Shown here: positions 18,882 to 30,495 of the stretch, in pieces
How positions within the stretch are numbered: the stretch's first letter is position 1
How the letters are laid out: each line of letters starts with the position of its first letter
Origin: Bacilli bacterium
GTDB lineage: Bacteria > Bacillota_I > Bacilli_A > RF39 > UBA660
Direction of reading: 5' to 3'
Assembly: GCA_017622175.1 (NCBI GenBank)
Contig: JAGARQ010000016.1
Coordinates: forward strand, 26-64,025
DNA: 64,000 nt
Position numbers and translations under genes: made by a program
The notes under the pieces: generated by a model
What the model was told of the DNA's origin: nothing
What the model saw: the letters and a program-made list of their open reading frames with translations, nothing else
Database searches by the model: none

Positions 18882-19994
18882 CTACTTTCTTTCTACATTA
18901 CCATTTTTAACTTCGTATATATAAGCATCATTTAAATACTTTTTACTAATATTTTTTAAATCTGTTGTTGTAATAATAGTTTGAGTATTACCATTATTTA
19001 TAAATTTCAACAACTTATTTCGTTTTTTAATGTCTAATTCACTAAAAATATCATCTAATAACAATAGCGGTTCAGTTTCACAAATTGATGTAAATATTGG
19101 TATTTCCGCTAATTTATAAGACAATATTGCAATTTTTTGTTGTCCTTGAGAACCAAAAAATTTTAAATCGTTTCCTTTAAAATCAAAATAGAAATCATCA
19201 CGATGAGGACCATACATAGTCATACCATAATTAAGTTCCTTATTATAATTCTTATGGAAAATATGCTTCATTTTCTTTCTCATTACTTCATTTTCATAGT
19301 CATCAAAATCAATATTAGTTTGATATATAACTTTTAAACCACTAATTTCAACAATTTCTTTATAATATTTGTCTATATAAATATTAATTAAATCTATATA
19401 TTCACGACGTTTTTGATAAATAAATATAGCTTTTTCAATTAATTTATCTGTAATAATATCCAAATATGTTTTATCTGCAATACTATTACTAAACAAAATT
19501 TTTAAATACTCATTTCTAGTTTTTAAAAGTTTATTATATTCATTGTATGTATTTAAATATGTTTTAGATATTTGAGATAACTGTATATTTAATAAATTTC
19601 TACGAATATTAGGTGATCCCTTTACAATTTCTAAATCATCTGGAGTAAAAACAATAACATTTAAATTAGAAATATAATCAGATACTTTCTTAATATCAGT
19701 CTGATTAATTTTTAAGTTCTTACCATCTTCTGTTATATTAACCTCCATCTTAGAAATAATATTTTTTTTCTTTACTACACCTTTAATTTGTGCCTTTTTC
19801 TTATTAAACATAATAATATTAGGATTTACTCCTACCCTATGTGATTTAGTAAGAGCTAGCATAGTAATAGCCTCTAAAATATTTGTTTTTCCTTGAGCAT
19901 TGTTTCCAATAAAAATATTCATCTTATCACCAAGAGAAATATTAATATTCCCACAATTTCTAAAATTAAGGAGATTTATTTTAGTAAGTTTCAT
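18882..19994 (-). CDS. recF: DNA replication and repair protein RecF
   Basis: The N-terminus has a GNNAQGKTNILEA Walker A motif. An SMC-like signature (FGSQGQQK) and Walker B (LLLDDIFSELD) are also present. Confidence 0.9.
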   Translation of the reverse strand: MKLTKINLLNFRNCGNINISLGDKMNIFIGNNAQGKTNILEAITMLALTKSHRVGVNPNIIMFNKKKAQIKGVVKKKNIISKMEVNITEDGKNLKINQTDIKKVSDYISNLNVIVFTPDDLEIVKGSPNIRRNLLNIQLSQISKTYLNTYNEYNKLLKTRNEYLKILFSNSIADKTYLDIITDKLIEKAIFIYQKRREYIDLINIYIDKYYKEIVEISGLKVIYQTNIDFDDYENEVMRKKMKHIFHKNYNKELNYGMTMYGPHRDDFYFDFKGNDLKFFGSQGQQKIAILSYKLAEIPIFTSICETEPLLLLDDIFSELDIKKRNKLLKFINNGNTQTIITTTDLKNISKKYLNDAYIYEVKNGNVERK

Positions 19995-20128
19995 TTAAAA
20001 CCTCTTAAAATACCCATATAATCACCTATCCCCTATTTCAGTATTCCTATACATACGTTTATATTATACCATAAGAGCCTTTAAAAAGCACTAAAAAAAT
20101 AGTTTTATCAACTATTTTTTCATACTTT

Positions 20129-20575
20129 TTATCTATTTTTTCTCATTCTTAAAATATAGTCTAATCTAGATGCTCTAGAAACCTGATTTTCTATTGATCT
20201 ATAAGAACATGGAACAATAATTTCTTGACTGTTATCAAAGGTAATTTTAGTATTACAAGCATCTATTTTTTCAAACTTTTTCAATCTTTTTAAAGAAATC
20301 CAAACACATTCATCTGAAAATGGCGACGTAGTTGGAAAAATCACCAAATTTTCACTATCTTCAACAACAATCGGTACCTTATATTCAGCTCCTAATATTT
20401 CTTTAGCACTTTCTTTTCTTCCTTCATAAGTGCTTCCAAAATATTTACAGCTATCTTCCATTATTTTAAAAGGTTTATCATCTATAATATATCTTTCTTC
20501 ATCTTCATATACAAGACTATTTTCCTTTTCATTTGGAACTATAGCTAAAGTTCCATTACTAATTTCATATTTCAT
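20129..20575 (-). CDS. comK: ComK-family competence transcription factor
   Basis: The protein aligns with B. subtilis ComK along its whole length (from memory). Matching segments are YEISNGTLAIVP, SCKYFGSTYEGRK, PIVV..NLVIFPTTSP...WIS and SYRSIENQVSRA. An AGGGGGA RBS precedes the start. Confidence 0.85.
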   Translation of the reverse strand: MKYEISNGTLAIVPNEKENSLVYEDEERYIIDDKPFKIMEDSCKYFGSTYEGRKESAKEILGAEYKVPIVVEDSENLVIFPTTSPFSDECVWISLKRLKKFEKIDACNTKITFDNSQEIIVPCSYRSIENQVSRASRLDYILRMRKNR

Positions 20576-20709
20576 TTTATTCCCCCTAACCTATGGAAAT
20601 CTCTGTTTCCAACAAAAAAATACCAAATAATACAGTCGAATTATGTCAAAAAACATAATTATTATTATTTTCATTAATATTATTCGAGAAAAAAGAAAAA
20701 TTTTTACTA

Positions 20710-20732
20710 TTTTCCACAAAAAATGTGCAAAA
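20710..20732. promoter_or_regulatory. head-to-head DnaA-box pair upstream of comK
   Basis: TTTTCCACA (20710-20718), a 5-nt spacer, then TGTGCAAAA (20724-20732). Confidence 0.45.
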
Positions 20733-20752
20733 AAAAAGGGATTTTTCCCTTT
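20729..20752 (-). terminator. rho-independent terminator after dnaN
   Basis: Reverse strand reads AAAGGG-AAAAAT-CCCTTT followed by T9. It lies directly after the dnaN stop. Confidence 0.7.
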
Positions 20753-21880
20753 TTAATATGTTCTTATTGGTAAAACTAATTGAGTTAAAGTTTCATCCTC
20801 TGTTGACTTTATTAAAATTGGCTTAATTTCTCCAACAAAATGAATATCCACATTTTCTGTTGAAAAACTTTTTAAAGCTTCCATCATATATTTTGCACTA
20901 AATGAAATTTTTATATCTTCATTATTATTCTTTGTAATTGGCATTTTTTCTTCTACTCTACCAATTTCTGCTGAACTACTTCTAAGAACTAAAATGTCAC
21001 CATTAGTTTCTAATGTAACAATATTCTTTTCTTTATCACTTGTTAAAATACTAACACGATCAATAACATCATAGAAATCACTTAGTTTTGTACTAATAAC
21101 TAAGAATGAATCATCAGGTAATAAGTTAGAAGTATTTGGATATGTACCATTAATTAATCTTGATTCAAATTTTAAGTTACCAGCCTTAAATAGTATTTTA
21201 TTACTAAAAATATGAATTTCTACATCTTCATCGTCGTCACCTAAAATTCTTGAGAATTCAACTATATTATGACTAGGAATAACTATATTATAATTTTCTT
21301 CACTTACACTATCTAATTTAACAACTTTTCTTGCTAAACGATATGAGTCTGTTGAATTACATTCAAGAACATCTCCAACAATATTAAAGTTAATACCTGT
21401 TAATACTGGTTTACTTTCTTCATTTGATGAAGCAAATGCTGTTTGATTAACAATACTTTTAAAAACACCTGCCTTAATATTAACTTTCTTTTTACTTTCT
21501 TCTAATCCAATATTAGGATATTCACTTTCACTAATACCATTTAAATTAAATTCACTATTTTCTGTATAAATAAGAATTTTAAGTTCATCAACAACTTCAA
21601 TATTAATATACTTATCAGGTAATTTTCTAACAATATCTAATACATATTTACCTTGAATAATAATACTACCTTCACTTTCTACAGTAAAATCATCATCACT
21701 ATTACAATTAATTGTAGTTTGAATTGTTATATCATTATCACTAGCAGTTAATGTCAATTTCTTTTTCTTTAATTCAAATTTAATACCTGCTAAAACAGGA
21801 ATTAAGTTTTTAGTAGAAATAGCTTTTGAAACTTTATTTAAAGCTTCTAATAATAAATCTTTCTTAATTGTTAATTTCAT
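20753..21880 (-). CDS. dnaN: DNA polymerase III subunit beta (sliding clamp)
   Basis: MKLTIKKDLLLEALNKVSKAIS... through ...LVLPIRTY, 375 aa. I chose the ATG at 21880, which follows a GAAGGA RBS. The ORF-track extension runs into the DnaA boxes. Confidence 0.95.
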   Translation of the reverse strand: MKLTIKKDLLLEALNKVSKAISTKNLIPVLAGIKFELKKKKLTLTASDNDITIQTTINCNSDDDFTVESEGSIIIQGKYVLDIVRKLPDKYINIEVVDELKILIYTENSEFNLNGISESEYPNIGLEESKKKVNIKAGVFKSIVNQTAFASSNEESKPVLTGINFNIVGDVLECNSTDSYRLARKVVKLDSVSEENYNIVIPSHNIVEFSRILGDDDEDVEIHIFSNKILFKAGNLKFESRLINGTYPNTSNLLPDDSFLVISTKLSDFYDVIDRVSILTSDKEKNIVTLETNGDILVLRSSSAEIGRVEEKMPITKNNNEDIKISFSAKYMMEALKSFSTENVDIHFVGEIKPILIKSTEDETLTQLVLPIRTY

Positions 21881-22014
21881 ATATTTATTCCTTCTTTCTT
21901 TTATACTATTTATATTATTACTGTGGAAAAAGTTCAAAACTACATTTTTCCTTTATTTTTCAAAGTAAAACTTTAAACAATTCTTGTGGAAAAAAGTTCT
22001 ACTTAACAAAAGTT
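21881..22014. other. oriC, dnaA-dnaN intergenic part (two DnaA boxes plus an AT-rich candidate unwinding region)
   Basis: TGTGGAAAA at 21922-21930 and again at 21985-21993, each followed by AGTT. The two boxes are separated by a 54-bp AT-rich tract. Confidence 0.65.
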
Positions 22015-23394
22015 TTAAACAACCCCAATATCCTTTTTTAATTTTTCAATTATATTTGCTAAATCTTTATTCGTTTTTATTTCAGTTTCTATCTTTTCTA
22101 CTGAATGCATAACTGTGGAATGGTCTTTTCCACCAAATTCAATACCAATTTTAGGAAAAGATTCACTCGTCATAGCCCTACATAAATACATTGCAATTTG
22201 TCGTGGAAATGAAATATTTGAACTTCTTTTCTTACTTCTAATATCCTCAACAGATATCTGAAAATATTCAGAGACTATTTTTTGAATACGATGAACATCA
22301 TTTTTTTCACTAATTCCTTTACTAATAAAGTCTTTTAATGCTTCAATTGCTAAATCTAAGGTTATTTCAGAACCTCCCATCATAGCAGAATAAGCAATTA
22401 ACCTAGTAACAGAACCCTCTAGTTGTCTTACGTCTGTTCCAATATTTGATGCAATATACTCAATTACATCATCTGGAATCTCTTTTTCAAACATTCCTGC
22501 AGCAATCTTTTTCTTTAATATTTCCTTCCTTAATTCAAAATCAGGAGGAAAAATATTAACTGATAATCCCCATGAGAACCTTGTTCTTAAACGATCTGCC
22601 AACATTTTTAAATCTCCAGGTGATCTGTCAGAGGATACAATAATTTGCTTGCTATCATTATATAAATTGTTAAATGTGTGGAAAAACTCCTCTTGAGTTG
22701 ATGTTGCCCCACCTAAAAATTGAATATCATCAATAATTAATACATCAATATTTCTATATTTTGTTTTAAAAAAATTAATATAATTAAAATTAGTACCAGA
22801 TTCATCCTTTTTACTCATACTAACATAATCACTAATAAAATCCTGACTTGTAACATATAAAACAGCTTTATCAGATTTCTCCATTATGTAATTTCCTATT
22901 GCATGCATTAAATGGGTCTTCCCTAACCCACTATTTCCGTAAATAAATAAAGGATTATACATATTTCCTGGATTTTCAGCAACAGATAATGATGCAGCAT
23001 GTGCAAACTTATTACTATTACCAACAATAAAGGTATCAAAAGTATATTTACTAATTAAGTTTGATTGAGGTTTTTTTGTTGAACTATACCCCTTCTCTTC
23101 TTCTTTTTCAACTTTAATTTCTTCTTTTGGTAAGACTGTATCTATTTCTTCTTTTAATAACAATTCTAATTCATAAGTACTTCCAGTAATTGAACTGATT
23201 TTATCCACCATTAACTGTGAAAAATTATCCATTAAATGTTTTTTATGAATTGGCATAGGTACAATTATATAAGCTTTTCCGTTTTCTAATTTATAAAGTT
23301 CAGTCTCGGAGAACCAAGTATTATAAGATAAAGAATTCATTTCTTCTTTTATCTGTGATAAAAAATTAGACCATAAAATATCTACATTCATCAT
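22015..23394 (-). CDS. dnaA: chromosomal replication initiator protein DnaA
   Basis: 459 aa. AAA+ motifs GNSGLGKTHLMHAIGN and LIIDDIQF, plus the C-terminal DNA-binding signature GGKDHSTVMHS. Confidence 0.97.
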   Translation of the reverse strand: MMNVDILWSNFLSQIKEEMNSLSYNTWFSETELYKLENGKAYIIVPMPIHKKHLMDNFSQLMVDKISSITGSTYELELLLKEEIDTVLPKEEIKVEKEEEKGYSSTKKPQSNLISKYTFDTFIVGNSNKFAHAASLSVAENPGNMYNPLFIYGNSGLGKTHLMHAIGNYIMEKSDKAVLYVTSQDFISDYVSMSKKDESGTNFNYINFFKTKYRNIDVLIIDDIQFLGGATSTQEEFFHTFNNLYNDSKQIIVSSDRSPGDLKMLADRLRTRFSWGLSVNIFPPDFELRKEILKKKIAAGMFEKEIPDDVIEYIASNIGTDVRQLEGSVTRLIAYSAMMGGSEITLDLAIEALKDFISKGISEKNDVHRIQKIVSEYFQISVEDIRSKKRSSNISFPRQIAMYLCRAMTSESFPKIGIEFGGKDHSTVMHSVEKIETEIKTNKDLANIIEKLKKDIGVV

Positions 23395-23867
23395 ACCATC
23401 TCCCCCGCAAGAAATTTATACGAACTAGTATAAGTTAAATTAAATCAAAAATAAATAGATTTTTATTAAAACTTAAACTATATATACTTTAATTATAAAG
23501 GAAAAAAACATTAATATCTATATATATACTTATAAAAGTAAAAATATTTAGAGGTCAATTCTCCCATAATTAAAATTGTCACGATTAGTATAATTGAAAT
23601 TGTTGAAAAAAGAAACCATTTTTTTGAAAAAAAAGTTTTAAACAGGAAATCCACAATTTTTTCCACTATTAATTTGGTGATATATAAAAGAAAAATTGAG
23701 TTTTCCACATTTTCCACAGATTTTTATTCACATATATATAAAAAGTATTCCACATAGTTGTGGATTTTGTTGAAAATAGTCGATTATTATAAAAAACAAA
23801 CATTTTATTGACAAAATATGAGAATTTCTATTATAATAATGGAGATTTATGTCTGGAGGTGGAACAA
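23395..23867. other. oriC, rpmH-dnaA intergenic part with a DnaA-box array
   Basis: Seven boxes: 23647-23655, 23659-23667, 23701-23709, 23710-23718, 23724-23732, 23746-23754 and 23759-23767 (variants TTTTCCACA, TTATTCACA and TGTGGATTT). Coding-strand polarity switches at this point. Confidence 0.8.
23808..23837 (+). promoter_or_regulatory. putative sigma-A promoter of rpmH-rnpA
   Basis: TTGACA (23808-23813), an 18-nt spacer, then TATAAT (23832-23837). Confidence 0.55.
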
Positions 23868-23990
23868 ATGAAGAGAACATATCAACCAAACAATCGTAAA
23901 AAAGCTAAAAGATTAGGTTTTTTCGCACGTAAAAAAACAAATATTTTAAATCGTCGTCGTCGTAAAGGACGTAAAAGTCTTTGCAAATAA
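23868..23990 (+). CDS. rpmH: 50S ribosomal protein L34
   Basis: MKRTYQPNNRKKAKRLGFFARKKT..., 40 aa, with a GGAGG RBS. Confidence 0.92.
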   Translation: MKRTYQPNNRKKAKRLGFFARKKTNILNRRRRKGRKSLCK

Positions 23991-24046
23991 GAATACCGCT
24001 GCTAAAACAGTGGTTTTTTACTCTTATTAAAAGATAGGTGATAATA

Positions 24047-24403
24047 ATGAGAAAATTATATATAGTAAAGAATCAACGAGATTTTGACAGAATTATTAAA
24101 GAGGGCAGATATCGTAAAAATAATAGTTACGTTATATATTATGAAAAAAACGAATTACCTTATGACAGATTTGGAATATCAGTAGGGAAGAGAATAGGTA
24201 ATGCAGTTAATCGTAATAAACATAAACGAAAATTACGTGCTATCATAGATAATTACAAAAAACTATATGTAAATAACCGAGATTATATTATAATATTAAG
24301 AGGAAGCGCAAAAGATAGAGAATATCAAGAATTAAATACTGATTTCTTAAACTTAATGGATAATATAAGAAAGGACATACAGAAAAATGAAGAAAAACAA
24401 TAA
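24047..24403 (+). CDS. rnpA: ribonuclease P protein component
   Basis: Basic 118-aa protein containing GISVGKRIGNAVNRNKHKRKLR (the RNR-like motif). It lies downstream of rpmH. Confidence 0.9.
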   Translation: MRKLYIVKNQRDFDRIIKEGRYRKNNSYVIYYEKNELPYDRFGISVGKRIGNAVNRNKHKRKLRAIIDNYKKLYVNNRDYIIILRGSAKDREYQELNTDFLNLMDNIRKDIQKNEEKQ

Positions 24404-25328
24404 ATTTAAAATATTGATATTAATAATGTTATTATTGTTAACTACAGGATGTACAAAAACATTAACAGATAAAAATAATCAAGCAGTTAAAAATGAAAAA
24501 ACACAACAAACATTAACAGAAAACATTATTTGTCAACCAACTGATAAAATATCAATAAAAGCATATGAAAAAAATGGGGTAGACATAAAAAAACTTCCAA
24601 AGTGTGATGATTTTAAAATTACATCTGGAAAATATGAAGGTTTGTGGACAAGCTTTTTAGTTAAACCACTTGCTTTTGTTTTACTAGCAATTGGTAGATT
24701 ATTAGGATTTACTGGTAAATATGCTTTATCAATTATTATTGTAAGTTTAGCAATAAGATTAATTGCATATCCAGTTACAAGAAAAACAGCTTTACAATCA
24801 GAACTTATAAAGAAAGCTCAACCAGAATTAAACAGAATTCAAAAGAAGTATCAAGGTAAAGAAGATCAAGAATCGATGATGAAGCAAAATCAAGAAATTC
24901 TAATGATTTACAAAAAATATAACATTAATCCAATGTCTGGATGCTTATTCTCAATGTTACAATTACCATTGTTTATAGCTTTCTTTGAAGCAGTTCAAAG
25001 AACTCCAGCATTATTTGAAGATAAATTTTTAGGATTACAACTTGGAACAACTCCAGTAGCGGGAATAGGAACAGCAACATTCTATGCATACATTATTTTA
25101 ATGTTAATAATTGCAGCTACAACATTCTATTCATTTAAAATGAATTCTACTGGAAACATGCAAGATCCTAGTATGAAAACAATGCCATATATGATGTCAG
25201 GAATGATAATTATAACAGCATTATTCATGCCTTCTGGATTAGGTATTTATTGGGCAACAACAAACTTATTTACAATTGTCCAAAATATATTAGTTAAAAG
25301 GAGTAAAGAAGCAAATGGAAAAGCATAA
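24387..25328 (+). CDS. yidC: membrane protein insertase YidC/SpoIIIJ (lipoprotein type)
   Basis: Lipobox LLLTTGC, then the YidC core (MKQNQEILMIYKKYNINPMSGCL...LPLFIAFF...GLGIYWATTNLFTIVQ). Confidence 0.9.
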   Translation: MKKNNKFKILILIMLLLLTTGCTKTLTDKNNQAVKNEKTQQTLTENIICQPTDKISIKAYEKNGVDIKKLPKCDDFKITSGKYEGLWTSFLVKPLAFVLLAIGRLLGFTGKYALSIIIVSLAIRLIAYPVTRKTALQSELIKKAQPELNRIQKKYQGKEDQESMMKQNQEILMIYKKYNINPMSGCLFSMLQLPLFIAFFEAVQRTPALFEDKFLGLQLGTTPVAGIGTATFYAYIILMLIIAATTFYSFKMNSTGNMQDPSMKTMPYMMSGMIIITALFMPSGLGIYWATTNLFTIVQNILVKRSKEANGKA

Positions 25329-25929
25329 ATTTCAAGGAAAAACAAAAGAAGAAGCAATTCAAAATGCAACAGTAGAATTACAAGAGGTAGAAGCAAATCT
25401 AATTATAAAAGAATTAGAAGTAATTAAAGGTGGACTATTTAAAAGTCCAAAAGTAGAAATCGAAGTTATTGAAAAAAGAGAAGTAGTAAAATATATTAAA
25501 GATTACATTGTAAAATTATTAAAAGACTTAGGATTTCAAGCAAATGTTGAAATAAAAAATAAAGACACAGTACCAACATATACTGTATATTCAGATAATG
25601 ATGCTTTATTAATTGGAAAAAATGGTAAAAATTTAAAAGCTTTATCAGTAGTGGTAAATCAACACATAAATAAGGAATTAGGAAAGAATTATAAATTTAT
25701 AATTGATATTAATTCATATAAAGAAAAAAGAGAAAAACAACTTGAACAATTAGCAAAAAGAGTTGCACGTGAAGTAGCAAATACAAAAATAGAAGTAAAA
25801 ATGGATTCAATGAATTCATATGAAAGAAGAATTATTCATAATGTATTAACAAACAACAAAAGGGTTTATACTGAAAGCGAAGGAGAAGAACCAAATCGCT
25901 ATGTTGTTGTAAAACCAAAAGAAGATTAA
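25315..25929 (+). CDS. jag: Jag/KhpB RNA-binding protein (KH plus R3H domains)
   Basis: GKNGKNLKAL (KH GXXG) and an R3H segment (SYERRIIHNVL). It lies downstream of yidC. Confidence 0.85.
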   Translation: MEKHKFQGKTKEEAIQNATVELQEVEANLIIKELEVIKGGLFKSPKVEIEVIEKREVVKYIKDYIVKLLKDLGFQANVEIKNKDTVPTYTVYSDNDALLIGKNGKNLKALSVVVNQHINKELGKNYKFIIDINSYKEKREKQLEQLAKRVAREVANTKIEVKMDSMNSYERRIIHNVLTNNKRVYTESEGEEPNRYVVVKPKED

Positions 25930-25946
25930 TCAATCTTCTTTTTTTG
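25919..25946 (+). terminator. rho-independent terminator after jag
   Basis: AAGAAGATT-AATC-AATCTTCTT followed by T6. Confidence 0.7.
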
Positions 25947-25989
25947 TCTATTAATAATGTTGTATACTATATATAATTAGGAGGTAAAT

Positions 25990-26463
25990 ATGGAAAAGAA
26001 AGATTTATCAATTATGATAGATGATGTAAAGCTAAATATTAGAGTAGGAGCAATACTAGAATATAACAATAAAATACTTGTAGAAAAAAACAAATCTGTA
26101 GACTTTGGTGTTATTCCTGGAGGAAGAGTAAGAACTTTGGAAAGTAGTCAAGAAGCTCTAATTAGGGAAATTGGTGAAGAACTAGAAGTTGATTTAAGTG
26201 AAGAAAAATTCAAATTAATATCGTTGCTTGAAAATTATTTTGAATTTAATCACAAAACATATCATGAAATTTATTTTGTATACAAAGTAATTCTTTCAAA
26301 AGATTATGGTATTATTAATGGATATGAAAATGCTGACAATAACGATTCAAGATTTTATTGGTATACAAAAGAGGAGTTCAAGCAACAAAATATTTTACCC
26401 GCAGTTCTAAAAGAAATAATTTATAATGAAGAATTTAAAAATTATATAGTAAAAGATATTTAA
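25990..26463 (+). CDS. NUDIX hydrolase
   Basis: Nudix box GGRVRTLESSQEALIREIGEELEV. Confidence 0.75.
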   Translation: MEKKDLSIMIDDVKLNIRVGAILEYNNKILVEKNKSVDFGVIPGGRVRTLESSQEALIREIGEELEVDLSEEKFKLISLLENYFEFNHKTYHEIYFVYKVILSKDYGIINGYENADNNDSRFYWYTKEEFKQQNILPAVLKEIIYNEEFKNYIVKDI

Positions 26464-26524
26464 TTTTATTAGTAAAAATAAAGAGTTTGTGTTATAATAT
26501 CGAAAGAAAAAGGGAGGGAGTATC

Positions 26525-27877
26525 ATGAATGATACAATAGTAGCTATTTCAACAACAATGGGAGTAGGAGCAATTTCAATTGTAAGATTAAGTGGAAAAC
26601 AAGCTATTTCTATAGTTAATCAAAGCTTTAAGGGAAAAAATTTAGAAGAAGTTCCAACTCATACTATTAATTATGGTCATATCTATGATGGTGAAGAACT
26701 AATAGATGAAGTGCTTGTATCAGTCATGAGAGGACCAAAAAGTTTTACCGCTGAAGATATAGTTGAAATAAATTGTCATGGAGGAATTATAACAACAAAT
26801 AGAATATTTGAAACTATGTTAAATAATGGTGCTAGATTAGCAGAACCAGGCGAATTTACAAAAAGAGCATTCTTAAATGGAAGAATAGATTTAGTAAAAA
26901 GTGAAGCAGTAATGGATTTAATAGAAAGTAAATCTGACGAAGCAAGAAAAATTGCACTTTCTCAATTAGGAGGAAGAACTTCAAACTTAATAACTAAATT
27001 TAGAGATACTTTAAAATATTTACTTTCATCAATTGAAGTTAATATCGATTATCCAGAATATTATGATATCGAAGTAATGACAATAGAAAAGGTAAGAGAA
27101 AAAGTATCTGAAATGAAAAAAGAATTAGAAAAACTTGTAAACGAGTCAGAAAATACTATTACTATAAAAAATGGTATAAAAACTGTTATTATTGGTAAAC
27201 CAAATGTTGGAAAGAGTAGTATTTTAAACAAATTATTAGAAAAAGAAAAAGCAATTGTAACAGATATAGCAGGAACAACAAGGGATATAGTTGAAGGTGA
27301 AATATATCTTGATGGAATTTTGCTAAATATCATTGATACAGCAGGAATTCGTTCAACGGAAGATGTAGTTGAAAAAATTGGAGTAGAGAAAAGTCTTTCA
27401 ATGATAGCAGAAGCAGACTTAGTAATTGTTGTATTAAATAGTAATGAATGTTTATCTGAAGAAGATAAAGAAATACTAGAAAAAACAAAAGATAAAACAA
27501 GAATAGTAGTTCTTAACAAAAATGATTTAACTAGAAATCTTGAATTACCAGAAAATATTGATAATGTTGTTGAAACAAATACAAATGATTATTCTGGAAT
27601 TAATTCATTAAAATCAAAAATTAAAGAGTTATTTAATTTGGAACAAATAGCAACAAAAGATTATACATATTTAACAAACAGTCGCCAAATTTCCCTTGCT
27701 AAACAAGCATATAGAAGTTTATTATCGGCAGAAACAGCAATTCAAAATGATGAACCCGTTGATATTATAGAAATAGACTTAAAAGAATGTTTTGATATAT
27801 TAGGTGAAATAATAGGTGCAACATATAGCGAAGAAATAATCGATAATTTATTCGAAAATTTCTGTGTTGGAAAATAG
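26525..27877 (+). CDS. mnmE: tRNA modification GTPase MnmE
   Basis: DTIVAISTTMGVGAISIVRLSG, GKPNVGKSS, DTAG, NKND and the C-terminal FCVGK. Confidence 0.95.
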   Translation: MNDTIVAISTTMGVGAISIVRLSGKQAISIVNQSFKGKNLEEVPTHTINYGHIYDGEELIDEVLVSVMRGPKSFTAEDIVEINCHGGIITTNRIFETMLNNGARLAEPGEFTKRAFLNGRIDLVKSEAVMDLIESKSDEARKIALSQLGGRTSNLITKFRDTLKYLLSSIEVNIDYPEYYDIEVMTIEKVREKVSEMKKELEKLVNESENTITIKNGIKTVIIGKPNVGKSSILNKLLEKEKAIVTDIAGTTRDIVEGEIYLDGILLNIIDTAGIRSTEDVVEKIGVEKSLSMIAEADLVIVVLNSNECLSEEDKEILEKTKDKTRIVVLNKNDLTRNLELPENIDNVVETNTNDYSGINSLKSKIKELFNLEQIATKDYTYLTNSRQISLAKQAYRSLLSAETAIQNDEPVDIIEIDLKECFDILGEIIGATYSEEIIDNLFENFCVGK

Positions 27878-27889
27878 GAAGTGAATAAA

Positions 27890-29741
<1,852 letters not shown>

Positions 29742-29749
<8 letters not shown>

Positions 29750-30377
29750 AGAACAATTTATACTTGCAGCGAAAGAATTAGGAATAGAGTTAACAGAAGA
29801 ACAATTAATAAAATTAAATAATTTCTATAAATTATTAGTTGAATGGAATGAAAAAATAAATTTAACAAGAATTACAGAAGAGGAAGATGTATATTTAAAA
29901 CACTTCTATGATAGTTTAACTATTGCAAAAGTTGTTGATTTATCAACAAAAAAAACACTATGTGACGTAGGAACAGGAGCAGGATTTCCAGGAATTGTTT
30001 TAAAAATAGTATATCCAAACTTAAAAATTACATTAGTAGATTCATTATTAAAGAGAGTAAACTATTTAAATACAATAATAAAAGACTTAGGTTTAGAAAA
30101 TATTCAGGCAATTCATTCTCGTGGAGAAGACTTTAAAGAAAAGTTTGATATAGTTACTGCAAGAGCTGTTGCAAACATAGAAAAACTTTTAGGATTTACT
30201 ATGCACTTGGTAAATAAAGATGGTTTATTTATTGCTATGAAAGGTAATATTTCAGAAGAAATGACAGAATCTGTAATTAATAAAATAAATAAAAAATATA
30301 AAATAGAAGATATAAATAGTTTCTTATTACCAATAGAAAATAGTAACAGAAGTCTTGTAGTAATAAAAAACAAATAA
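29742..30377 (+). CDS. rsmG: 16S rRNA (guanine527-N7)-methyltransferase
   Basis: [20 protein letters not shown]. It lies downstream of mnmG. Confidence 0.9.
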
Positions 30378-30391
30378 AATTCAATGTCAAA

Positions 30392-30426
30392 AAACACTTA
30401 GTACAAAATAAATAAGTGTTTTTTTG
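30392..30426 (+). terminator. rho-independent terminator after rsmG
   Basis: AAACACTTA, a 12-nt loop, TAAGTGTTT, then a T-run. Confidence 0.7.
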
Positions 30427-30455
30427 TTGAAAGACAAAGAAAAATAGTCTATAAT
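30427..30455 (+). promoter_or_regulatory. putative sigma-A promoter of the noc-like gene
   Basis: TTGAAA, a 17-nt spacer, then TATAAT. Confidence 0.5.
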
Positions 30456-30495
30456 GATAACATAGGATAAAAAGAATAAAGTGAGGGGACAATAT

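Noticed and set aside
23511-23717. 68-aa ORF inside the rpmH-dnaA intergenic region
   Set aside because: It covers the oriC DnaA-box array. It is a low-complexity AT-rich translation with no RBS.
25761-25776. parS-like sequence AGTTGCACGTGAAGTA inside jag
   Set aside because: It has three mismatches to TGTTNCACGTGAAACA, including positions in the outer arms. It is probably a chance CACGTG occurrence.
27061-27519. 152-aa ORF antisense to mnmE
   Set aside because: It is the shadow frame of a conserved gene. It is Ser/Ile/Phe-rich with no RBS.
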